This document shows positions 40,501-52,935 of a DNA stretch of 60,497 nucleotides, one piece after another; the stretch's first letter is position 1; each line of letters starts with the position of its first letter. This DNA comes from Octopus bimaculoides (Eukaryota): the NCBI RefSeq assembly GCF_001194135.2, contig NC_068982.1, positions 166,693,567 through 166,754,063 of the forward strand. The letters run 5' to 3'. The position numbers were made by a program, and so were the translations under genes. A model generated the notes under the pieces. That model saw only the letters and a list, made by a program, of their open reading frames with translations. It was not told where the DNA came from and ran no database searches.

Positions 40501-42549
40501 GGCACTCTGACTGGAGTCAAGAACTTTGCTCCTTTTTTATGGCTCAAATTGCCATCAGTTGTGGTGAATAGTCATGAGATGAGTCATGTGTCTGTATGAA
40601 TGATAATTGTGCCCAAAGTGAAAGCTGCTTTAATCCAATAAATATGTAATGTAATAGCATGAATAGCAGATTGCCAGAATAGCTGAAAATAGAAAAATGG
40701 CTAATTTGTTTGTGTATATGGTTTTCTATGCTTTTGTATGTGAGAACGTGAACTACAATATTATAATTCTTTTTTTTTGATATATTGTTATAGCTTAATC
40801 AGTATTATTATTTGTTTGTTGCACATGGTGTTGTTGTATTTAAGAAAACTTTTAACTAATTCTTTATTTTTCTGCTGAACTAACAGGTCCACACTAATAT
40901 TTTCCCTGATTCTGTTATAAATCCAATGTTGAAAGGAATTGAGATAACAAATGACCTCGCAAGAATGACTTCAGTAAGTCCTGTTTTACAATTCTAAATC
41001 TAAAGTGTTATTAACGGAATTTAAGGTTGTTAATTCTGACAGGTAAAAGATTGACACTTGTTTTCATACAACAATCTTTTTATAACCAAAAACTTCGTTG
41101 ATATCATTTGCTTATAGCTTTAGGAACAATAATGATTTAGAGTAGCCATTTATTGACAACTAGTATATTACTAGGGGTTTTGGTGATGCTACTTACTAAC
41201 AAACCAAGGTATTAGTGGTGACTTATTTTATTAACTGGCCTTTGACTGTGGCATTAAGACCTCCTATGGTTCCATCTGCCTCTCTCCTCTTGCATCATAA
41301 ATTTCCATTCAGACTATTGGATTGCATTATGCACTAACTTTGGTGTGCCACAAAGTCTTCTTTATTTCTTCCACACACTTCCTTCATTCATGAATCACCT
41401 CCTAACTATTAATTCTAATCACACACAGGCACCTACACACTTGATATCACCCATCTCTTCCCTGTAATTTTCAACACATAGACAGCATCAACATGCAATA
41501 TAGACACATTACATCAGACTTCCATGGAAACCTTGAAGGCATCCAACAAATAAAGAGATGAAAACCTGACCTGCTTCACCAGCACAAAAACTCAGAGCAT
41601 AATCTCCTTCAACAACACCAGAAGTCAGAATATAATCTCATTGACTTACATAAAGACTCAGTACCTACACATACCAAGGAAACAGTCTTGAACTGATATC
41701 ATTGATAATGATTTTAATGATATTGGTATTAAGAATGTTATGATATTGGTGGCCTTTTTCGTCTTGCCTGCTCTTATATTTCCATTTGCTGCTAGGATGC
41801 ATTATATAAATGTAAATAACGTCAGTATTTGATTGTACTTTATTTTATTAAACTTGGAAGGATGAAAGGCATAAATGACCATGGCAAGATTTGAACTCAA
41901 AACATAAAAATGGTCATGACTAAACACTGATAGACATTTTGTCTGACTCTCTGATGACTCTGCTGATTGGTGATGATACTGATGGTGATGTTAGGTGGTG
42001 CCACTACTACAGCTCCTTCTACTCATGGTGTGAAGGAAGCAGACAGGTGGAGATGGAACATTAAGTTTTAAATGGCTGTTATTTTATGAGCAAATCAATT
42101 TTTGCTTCATTTTGGATTTACTTCTGGCTTATATTATTAGTGATGAAAGTGACAAAAATAATGTTGATGATGATGATGGCATTGATGATAACAGTGATGT
42201 TGGTGGTGGTGGTTAGATAAAAAAAAGTTCTGTTTCAGTCTATCATGCCAATCTACTTTTCTCAAGAAAATGGGTTTTTTTTTGAAAATGGAATCAAGAA
42301 ATCGTTCTCATTGTTGTTGATTATGTTTTCATTTTATTTTAATGCCACATTGGAATGGAAACACTGCATGTGATTGTTTTATATGTAGACATCCATCCAT
42401 ACACATACATATGCTTATATATGTATGTATTTAGACATTCACACAAATGCACAAACAATAATATATATTCACATATGTAAATATAGTTGGTCGTAGATAT
42501 AAATGCATGTGTGCATATATCTGAATGTATGTTTGGGTCTATGTATACA

Positions 42550-42582
<33 letters not shown>

Positions 42583-42736
42583 TTGTGTGTTTGTGTTTCA
42601 TTTTCATATGTATAAATGAATATAAAATAAAATTTACACACACATACACACATGCATGCGCATATGCATATATAGATGCGCATGCACGCAAAAAACACAA
42701 ACATACACAGACACAGACACACACACACACACGTAT

Positions 42737-42771
<35 letters not shown>

Positions 42772-42932
42772 CACACTCTTAAACACATACAAGAAATTTG
42801 AAGTGTAGTAGATATGTGTGTGAACTGAAAATATTTTGTTTTAACTCTATAAAGCTGTTTCTCATTGTAGCAAGAAAGATATCGTGTTTCTTAACCTATA
42901 CAACAATATCATACTACTACTACTACTACTAC

Positions 42933-42967
<35 letters not shown>

Positions 42968-42985
42968 ATAATAATAATAATAATG

Positions 42986-43029
<44 letters not shown>

Positions 43030-43719
43030 CCCTTCTACTACAGGTACAAGGCCTGAAATTTGGGGGGAGAGGATTAGTCAATTACATCGACCCAGTAGTC
43101 AACTGGTACTTAATTTATCGAACCTGAAAAGATGAAAAACAAAGTCAACTCAGCAGAATTTGAACTCAGAACATGGTGACAGACACAATACCGTAAAGCA
43201 TTTCACTTGGCATGCTAACGATTCTGCAAGTTTGCTGCCTTAAATGATAATAATTATAATTAATAATTTGTTTGATGTTGACATAATAATGGAAAAGATG
43301 GAGAAACACAGACTACTAAAAAACGAAACTGCAAGAATGTGAGCAATGTGGAGAGTAACTGTTATCCCAGGAGTTGTAGGGACACTCAGAGCATTAACAA
43401 CGAAGTTCAAGAAATCATCATCATCATCACTGTTTAACGTCCGTTTTCCATGCTGGCATAGGTTGGATGGTTTCACTGAAGTCTGGGAAATTGGAATCGA
43501 CATGAGGGTAGAGCAGGCCCAAAAAGCCGCTCTATTTGGGGACAGCTAGGATTTTGAGATTGGTGCTTGGGTGTTGAGTGTCTTCCACGGTAAGTTAACA
43601 TCCAAGTACCAAAGCTTATAATTTGCAGAAAGAGACACAGTGAGACCTCTGAGAACAAGTTGCTGTCCACTCTCACAGAATCAATCAGAGCAAGTAAGAC
43701 CAAGAACTCTGAGAAGTAA

Positions 43720-43776
<57 letters not shown>

Positions 43777-45653
43777 CCTTTCTACTGAAGGTACAAGGTC
43801 TTAAATTTTGAGGGATGCTTAACTGGTATTTNNNNNNNNNNNNNNNNNNNNNNNNNNNNNNNNNNNNNNNNNNNNNNNNNNNNNNNNNNNNNNNNNNNNN
43901 NNNNNNNNNNNNNNNNNNNNNNNNNNNNNNNNNNNNNNNNNNNNNNNNNNNNNNNNNNNNNNNNNNNNNNNNNNNNNNNNNNNNNNNNNNNNNNNNNNNN
44001 NNNNNNNNNNNNNNNNNNNNNNNNNNNNNNNNNNNNNNNNNNNNNNNNNNNNNNNNNNNNNNNNNNNNNNNNNNNNNNNNNNNNNNNNNNNNNNNNNNNN
44101 NNNNNNNNNNNNNNNNNNNNNNNNNNNNNNNNNNNNNNNNNNNNNNNGGTTATTCCTTGCGATCAAAATTTAGCGGCGAAAGAATTTGACAAGATCAGTA
44201 AATATAAAGACTTGCTAATATAAATTGAAAAAATGTGGCACCTCAAGGCGACTACCGTGCCAGTGATTGTAGGATCTCTAGGAATGATAAAAAAAAAGGT
44301 ACTGAAACCTATTTGAAAATGATACCAGGCTTACCATCTCTACAGGAGGTGCAAAAAATCGTGTTAACTGGAATGACTCATGTACTGAGAAGAGCATTAC
44401 CACTGGGAAAACAACATCCATTCATGAATTTATTTATTTATTAATTTTTTTTTACATACATATTTCACCTGTGAATTTGCGTGTGTAAACTAGGAATGCT
44501 TACAATGAGTTTCTCTGCCCTAGGTGTACGGAAAACACTCGGTGAGAAATGGAAGAAAATTTGAAGAAAGAAGAAAAAAACATAATAATAATAATATTAA
44601 TACACCAACAGTAACCAGTAATCTGTTTACAAATAATACAAAGAACTGACATTTACTGACTGGCTGCTCATTTGAAAAGTAATATTGTCATACCAGAACA
44701 AATGTTCTAATGTAAGAGGATGTAAGTCTATAAAGAGCAACTATTTGTTAACATAGCAGTTATTGAAGACTGCAGTAAACAAAAATTAAAAACATAAGCT
44801 TACATAAATTGAATACTGAAAAGCGTTTGACAGCAAAACATTGGTGAGACTACATATAAACAATCTCCAATTAGGCTTCTATAAACAAAACAAAAAAAAA
44901 ATGAAAGAAAAGAAGAACTTGATGACATCATGAAAAATCTGACCAATGAAACTCAACAAGTACAACTGAATTTCTTTGATCAATGTCAGCAAAAATACAG
45001 GTGAATCAAAAGTTGTTGATTGAAAATCAGTTAATTTTTGATTTAGCTGTTAACTTATAAAACTGGATAGTCTCAGAAAGGCAACAGATTTGAACAGACG
45101 ATGGACAAAGTTGTGTTTTAAGTTAATCTAAGTTCAGTATCAATTGTTGTTCCAACAATCTAACTGCTACTCACTTAAAAATCAACCATAGTAGGGGACA
45201 CTCATATTCTCTCAATGACCCTCCTCTCCCTTTCTCTCTCTCTCACTCTCTCTCTCATCTACTCACAACCATACAAGCTGTCCTACAAAATCAGTAACAG
45301 AAGCACAACACTCTCTATTACTCTGTTATTTTCCCTAGATCCTTGTCTCATGCTCACCAATCAGGTCACAATATTCATCTCATTTTTCTGATTTTATTCT
45401 ATTAGTTTCTTTTTTTGGAGCCATCATGTTCCATTTCAGTCTTTTAACAATGAAACAAATGGTAAATTGAAAATATTAGACTTCTCTTTTTTTCTTTGGA
45501 TTCTTTCATTATTGTTAAATTAAGCATATTGTTAAAAGAGTATATCATTTATGCTTCGTCAAAAATGGAAAATTCAAGAACATTGTATGATAAAGAGAAT
45601 ATGGTAAAATTAAAAAAAACTCTCATATTCCTATAAGAAGAATTTTCAAGGAG

Positions 45654-45693
<40 letters not shown>

Positions 45694-48600
45694 NNNNNNN
45701 NNNNNNNNNNNNNNNNNNNNNNNNNNNNNNNNNNNNNNNNNNNNNNNNNNNNNNNNNNNNNNNNNNNNNNNNNNNNNNNNNNNNNNNNNNNNNNNNNNNN
45801 NNNNNNNNNNNNNNNNNNNNNNNNNNNNNNNNNNNNNNNNNNNNNNNNNNNNNNNNNNNNNNNNNNNNNNNNNNNNNNNATATGATAATGTGTGTGTGTG
45901 TGTGTGTTTATGTATATATATATATATATATAATTTTTATTGTGGAAATATGATGAGATACTTTGTCTTTGTAAAAAATATATTTGTCTTTGCAGTGCAA
46001 TCAAAAAGTCAATGTTGCTGTGGTAAAACAGTACACAAATGTTGAATGGCTGTTTCCTGATAATACCACAAATTTTGACAAGTTGAATTTAGAATGTAGG
46101 GTAAGCTTTATAACCATTATTTCCCTAGATAAGCATCCATTATTTAATTGAAAGAAATAATTTTTTTTTTCTTTTTTGTTAGGATGTATTAACTGTAAGA
46201 ATTGTAGTTAGATCTATTATGTTATTTAATCCTGACCAATAGTAATACTTATGTAAAATGTATTCTTGCTATGACCAATACACCCCTTTTTCAGACAGTA
46301 TATTTAAAATCAAGTTTTCAAATGGATCTTATATTTTTTTAAGGGGACTAGCATAGGATTTGAGGAAAATTTAGCTGCTATTTCTTGGTAATTGTTCCTT
46401 GTTAACTCATATAATTGAGAGAATTAAAATGGATAAGAGAATAAATAGTGGCAGTACTATAAAATCCTACTAGAGTTGTCCTAGCAATTCAACACCACTT
46501 GGACCTTTTGGGGTAGATAAGAAACTGTAAAGAGTTCAAGTCTGCCACAAGTGTTTTATCATGTTACCAGACAAGATACACTATATGCATCAATTCCTTC
46601 ACTTGTTAGGAATACAAACTAGATATTCTGAGAATGGTTTTTTTAGGCTCTATTTCTATATCTGATCGCTTTTATGTATCATTTGTTAGAAAGTTCTGAA
46701 GTCTCTTAGCATAAGAATCAGCAAATGCCATGTAAACTTAATCTGCTGTCTGGTTTGATATCATCACCTGGTCCTTGGCTGCCCTTAACTGAATCCACTT
46801 TGTTGTAAACATTTAGAACAGGTCTCTGATTTGAGGATACTTTCCTCCCTCCCCCTCTCCCTTCCACCAGTCTTAAAGGCCCTATAAAATATCATGGGCT
46901 CTGGCCTTCCTCCTGATTAAGCGATAAGAAAAATTGTTCACCCCAGTTTAGATGTGGTTGTGTGGACAAAATATTGGATTGCCAATGCATGACTTTTGAG
47001 TATGAATCAACTAAATACATCTTACACAAGACACTAAATTTAACAAGTCATTTTCAGGAAAAGTTATCAAATCTTAAAATGTGAATGTTTATAGTTCCTC
47101 TCTGTACCTGTCCCCAAGGAAACATTTCCCAAATGCTTTTTAAGAAAACGTATTGTTGCAAATATATTGTGGAAATTGCTTGTGATATTCCATTCCAACA
47201 AGGTGGTTAGCTCTGTGATACAAAAGTTTTTTGATCACTATCAAACGTCTGGTTCTAATAGCAACAAACTCTTCAGCATTTCTGTTGCCATGAGGATCTG
47301 AAAGCTTACTAAACTTCCCTTGATCTTTCTTTATCACCAGGTACCTTTCACTTCCAATACATACAAGACTACACGAATTGTATTTATTCCTCTTGAATAA
47401 ATCTGTCAATGAATTCTCTCCTGTATTTTTTTGTAGGGTTTCTGTCCTGTGACACTGTGCAAATATGAAGGTCTGCTATTGCGTGGTAACAGTGATATTG
47501 GAGTTGCAAAGTACCAAAACTATTATTATGCTTTTGCTTCAAAAGAGGATGCCTATGAATTTGCTGAAGACGCAGACAAGTAAGTAAAATACTCTTAATT
47601 TTATACATTTTACCATACAGCATATGATGTAATCTGTTAAGTGTAGAAATAGCTGAATGGATGAGGTTTTGGAGATTTGCTCACGAATACATATTCACTA
47701 CAGGCATTTGTGTGTGTGCATGTGTGTGTTAGTACGAATATTCTATGTTGCTTCTTAAGTTGCACCTATCTGCCAGATCATTTCAGAATGTTGGCTAATT
47801 TAGACGCACATATTATCCAGTGAGTATATTTGTGTTCACCTCAGCATCATGAAACTGAGACTAAGCACCAGTTTTTAAAGGCTTCTTTTGGTTTTCAGAG
47901 ATATTTAATCTCTCCTTCTTGTCTTCTATTATAATTTCATTCACATCTAAGATGCTTTATAGGAACATTAATTCAACCCAAATACTTGTCTAGTATTTTA
48001 TTTTATTGACTTTGTAAAGATGAAATGCAATGTTGACTTCAACTGAATTTGAACTCAAAATATAGTTACATTGACACATGTGAGGCACTTGTGCTGGTGG
48101 TACGTAAAGGCACCTGTGCCAGTAACATGTAAGAGGCACCAATGCCATTGACACACAAAAGGCACACAGTGTACTCTATGAAGTTGGGAAGGGCATCCAA
48201 CTGTAGAAACCAAGCCAAAACAGACTGGAACATGGTGCAACTCTCCAGTTTACCAGTTCCAGTCAAATTGTCTAACTCATGCCAGCATGGAAAACATATG
48301 GTAAACGGTGGTGGTGGTGGTGGTGGTGGTGGCAGCAGCTGATGTTGTTGTTACTGTTGTTGTTGCTGTTGTTGTTGTTGTTGCTGTTGTTGTTATAATT
48401 TGGGTTTGTCTCAGGTTTGGTCTTATTCCAAGTAGGAATTATGTGGATAGTGAGTTATTACCTGTATGTAACCTTAGGTATCCACAAGTTTCCAGCAGTC
48501 TTTCAAGTGCTTAGAAACATCCTGGTTAATCCTTGCTGTCCCTAAGAGACAGACTTTCTGTAGCTCTACCAGGCATTCTATTTTAATCTCCCTCACCCCT

Positions 48601-51600
48601 TAGTCTATATCTTGGCTTACTATTCTCAGTACACCAATTATTATAGGCATGACCTTTTCTGTTCACATGCTCCAAATATTTTCTATTTCAAATTTCAAGG
48701 TTTTTTTTTCCTTCCTCTTTCTTTACAATCCTAGAATCAAACAGGCATGATGTGTTGATAAGTAAGCAACTTTGCTTTTTCTTATCTATAATTGTTATGT
48801 CTGGTCTATTATTTTCTAATTTTTTGTTTGTTTGAATTGGAAAGTTNNNNNNNNNNAAGCGGACGTTAAACGATGATGATGATGATGATGATTATTATTA
48901 TTATTCAGTCGTCTTATTTTTATCACATGCTTTCACTTCACTTCTGATCACAGCTCTGCATACCTTAGGTATGTGCTGTGGTTTATTGTGGTGCTCTTAT
49001 TGCTTTATGTAAAATCTGCATGGTGCTTAGTGGTGCTATTTTCTGTATGTTGTATACATTCTTAAGTCCTGGTGTTTTGGTTATGTATTTGTCTGAATGT
49101 TTTTCAATCATACTTAATGCACCTATTATTATAGGGATTGTTTCTGTTTTTAGGCTCCACAGTCAAGATACCTCTATTTCTAGATCTTTGTATTTTGAGA
49201 GTGTCTCTGTTTCTTTTAGTGGTACATTGTCATCTGTTGGTATTGATACATTGATGAGAAGGTATTTAAAAAAATATTTTTAGTGATCTCTGACAACTAT
49301 ATCTGGTCTATTAGCCTTGATTTGTCTATCTGTATGTATCAGCATATCCCAGAGTGTGGTTGCTTTGTCATTTTCTGAGATCTTTTCTGGGTTGTGCCTA
49401 TACCATCTTTTTTCTGTTGTCATTCCATAGTGTTGGCATAGCTTCCAGTGTATATAGATCCCAACTCTGTGGTGTCTGTGGATATATTCCGTTTTTGCCA
49501 GGACTGGGCAGCCAGAGACAATTTGATTTATTGTTTCTTCCCCATCACCACATATCCAGCAGTTACTTGTATTTTTCTTCATTATGTGTTTCTAGTGATT
49601 TCTGGTGGGAAGGCTTTGATCTTGTGCTGCAATTAAAAATCTTTCAGTCTCTGCTTTGAGTCCTGAGTTTCTCAGCCATTGTTAGGATTTTATTTTGTCC
49701 ATTTCTTTTCTGTTTAGCTTATCCCAATATTCCCCATGTAAGAGCTTTTCTTGCCATCATTATATCATGATACTTTGTTGTTCCTGTTTTAGTTTGGATT
49801 TCAGTTGTTTTACAACTTTTGTTGTTTCCTCTTTTTTCTTCATAGTTGTCAGGTACTGTGACTTCTTTCTTGTATTTTTCAGCTTCCTTGAAGACAGAAA
49901 ACAGCTTTTTGTTTTGCTCATGCTTTGTAGCTATTTGTACCAGTTTTTCTTGCTTCTGAATTAGGTATTTCTGTAATCCTATGGTGGTTATTTTATAATA
50001 GTTTTTTTAGTTGTATAAGGTCTCTACCACCTTCAATTCATTGAAATCTTTTGGATTTCTCTAAGACATTGTTCTCCTGGGATCTTATCTAGATGTTTAT
50101 CACATCCCTTTTTTATCACACCCAGGGCACCTACAATGACTGGAACAGTTCTCACTTTAAGATGTCACATCTTTTGTATTTCAATTTCCAGGTCCTTATA
50201 TCTACTTAAGTTGTCAAATTCCTTGACAGATATATTTTTATCAGTGGGAACACTTACATCTATTAGTCTAGTCTACAAGTATTTTGTTCCCCGTCTTTCA
50301 TAATCATGTCTGGTCAATTAGCCTGGATCGTTCTGTCAGTGTTGACTGGAAAATCCCAGAGGATAGTGAAATTTTTACCTTCAACAACTGGTTCAGGATG
50401 ATGTTCATACCAGTAAGCAGGACTGTTGATTTTGTAGTGTTTACATATTTTCCAATGTAAATACTGTCCTACCCTATCATGGCGATTTCTCTATTTGTTT
50501 GGTGTCAGTACAGGACATCCCGAGACGAAATGGTTTATTGTCTCATCAAATTTATTGCAGCATCTTCATTTAGGGTCAGAACTGTTTTGAAGAATGTTAG
50601 CCTGGTAGTTTTTGGTAACCAAACTTTGATCTTGTGCCGCCAATGGGAAACCTTCAGTCTCTGCTTTCAGTTCTGAACTTCTCAGTCACTGATGGGTTGT
50701 TGCTTGATCTATATCAGCATTTCAACTTTGAAGTATATACTGTCTATGCAACGGCTTCTGGCTCCACTGCTCCCCAATTTGTGTCTACCCATTCTTTTTT
50801 GCAGTCTGCTTGATCCATTTTGCTTGTTTTGTGGCAGTGGTTTCAGGTTTTTCATCTAATGCAGGGTTAATGCCAAGTTCTCTTGTGAATTTGCAAGCTT
50901 CCTTGACAATAGAATGTGATTTTTTGCTGCTTTCATGTTATCATTTTAATTTTTATTATTATTATTGTTGTTGTTGTTATTATTATTAAATACCACAGAC
51001 ATTTTGTCTGATGCCCTTATTATTCTGTCAATCCACACATCATTGATATATATTTTACATTTCCCGTGCTGACTATAGTTCATTCCATCTCTATTAGTGT
51101 TGGCGATTTACCTTCTTAACATTATTTTTATTTCATATACTTTAGAAAACGTTAATCCAGTAATATTAACATCTTTCTTCTTGTTATCCAACAGATTTGT
51201 GACTTCTGTCAGTGAAATTGCCAAAGTTAATCCCGAGTTAATACAATTGTTGGAATTGTATAACCAGTTTACTTCTATCACACCACAGGTTTGCTTGCAT
51301 ATTATTTCCATTTTGAGTATATGTTGTGTAAATATATTTAAGATTGGAAATGTGCTGTGCGTGAGAAGACCCGGCAAGCCAAGTGAGATCGTTGCCAGGG
51401 CCCCTGGACTGGCTCTTGTGCGGGTGGCACATAAGATGTACCATCCTGAGTGTGACCGTTGCCAGTACCGCCTGACTGGCCTTGTAGGGTTTTCGAGCGA
51501 GATCGTTGCCAGTGCCCCTGGACTGGCTCTTGTGCGGGTGGCACATAAAAGACACCATTTCGAGCGTGGCCATTTTTTCGCGGGTGACACGTAAAAGCAC

Positions 51601-52613
51601 CCACTACACTCTCTGAGTGGTTGGCGTTAGGAAGGGCATCCAGCTGTAGAAACTCTGCCAAATTAGATTGGAGCCTGGTGTAGCCATCCGGTTGCACCAG
51701 TCCTCAGTCAAATCGTCCAACCCATGCTAGCATGGAAAGCGGACGTTAAATGACGATGATGTGTGTTGCTCAAATATAAGCAAAATGTTTGATTTTGATG
51801 TAGTTTATCTCTAGGTCTAGCAGATCTATCATCTAATGCATTTCAGCCATAACTGACCCATTTCTTTGCATGTATATCAATGTATTCTTCTTTATATAAA
51901 ATGGTGGATAATTTGAAGGGGATTTGGCTGCTATTTCTAGTCGGTTGAGAAGCTGCATCAAGAGTTTCTCATTAGCTATGTGTTGACTTATTTTATTCAG
52001 TGGTGATTGTATAGTACATGAGTTATTGTTATTGGTATGTGAATGTGTTATAGTATCAGTCATCGACTATGTAAAGGTATGTATTATGTAGTTTTAATGA
52101 GAAGTGATTGAATGAGTCAAGTATGTACTCTGTGAGTTAAGTAGCTGTCATGGTTATTTCGCCTGAAATGAGTCCTGATCATGTGGACCAATGATCGAAG
52201 ATATTCCAGTATGATCATCATGTAATATTTTAAAGTTAAAGTGTATTTAGTTTTACATTATCCTGATGTTGGTGTGTTTACATCCCCCGTAACTTAGCGC
52301 TTCAACAAAAGAGACCAATAGAATTAGTACTTGACTCACAAAGTATAAATCCTGGAGTTGATTTCTTCGACTATTATTATTGTTGTTGTTGTTGTTGTTA
52401 AGGCAGCAAGCTGGCAGAATCATTAGCACACAAGGCAAGATGCTTAGTGGCATTTCATTCACCTTTATGGTCTAAGTTCAAATTCTGCCGAGGTCGATTT
52501 TGCCTTTCATCCTTTCGGGCTTGATAAATTAAGTATCAGTGAAACACTGGGGTTGATGTAATCGACTAGTGCCCTCATGCAAAATTTCAGGCCTTGTGCC
52601 TTTAGTAGAAAGG

Positions 52614-52652
<39 letters not shown>

Positions 52653-52884
52653 GTGACACGTAAAAGCACCTACTACACTCTCTGAGTGGTTGGCGTTAGG
52701 AAGGGCATCCAGCTGTAGAAACTCTGCCAAATTTAGATTGGAGCCTGGTGTTGCCATCCGGTTTCACCAGTCCTCAGTCAAATCGTCCAACCCATGCTAG
52801 CATGGAAAGCGGACGTTAAACGATGATGATGATGATGATCAATTCTTCTGTTATGCTCTGAGTTAAAATTCCTCTGGGGTCAGG

Positions 52885-52935
<51 letters not shown>

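Noticed and set aside
47284-47298. RFX X-box half-sites (gttgccatg here; similar at 11415, 16973 and 22411)
   Set aside because: Half-sites only, intronic and far from the unseen promoter; expected by chance.
47140-47409. 89-aa antisense ORF next to exon J, and the overlapping 47384-47623 ORF
   Set aside because: No recognisable domain or splice context; consistent with chance or a very old TE.
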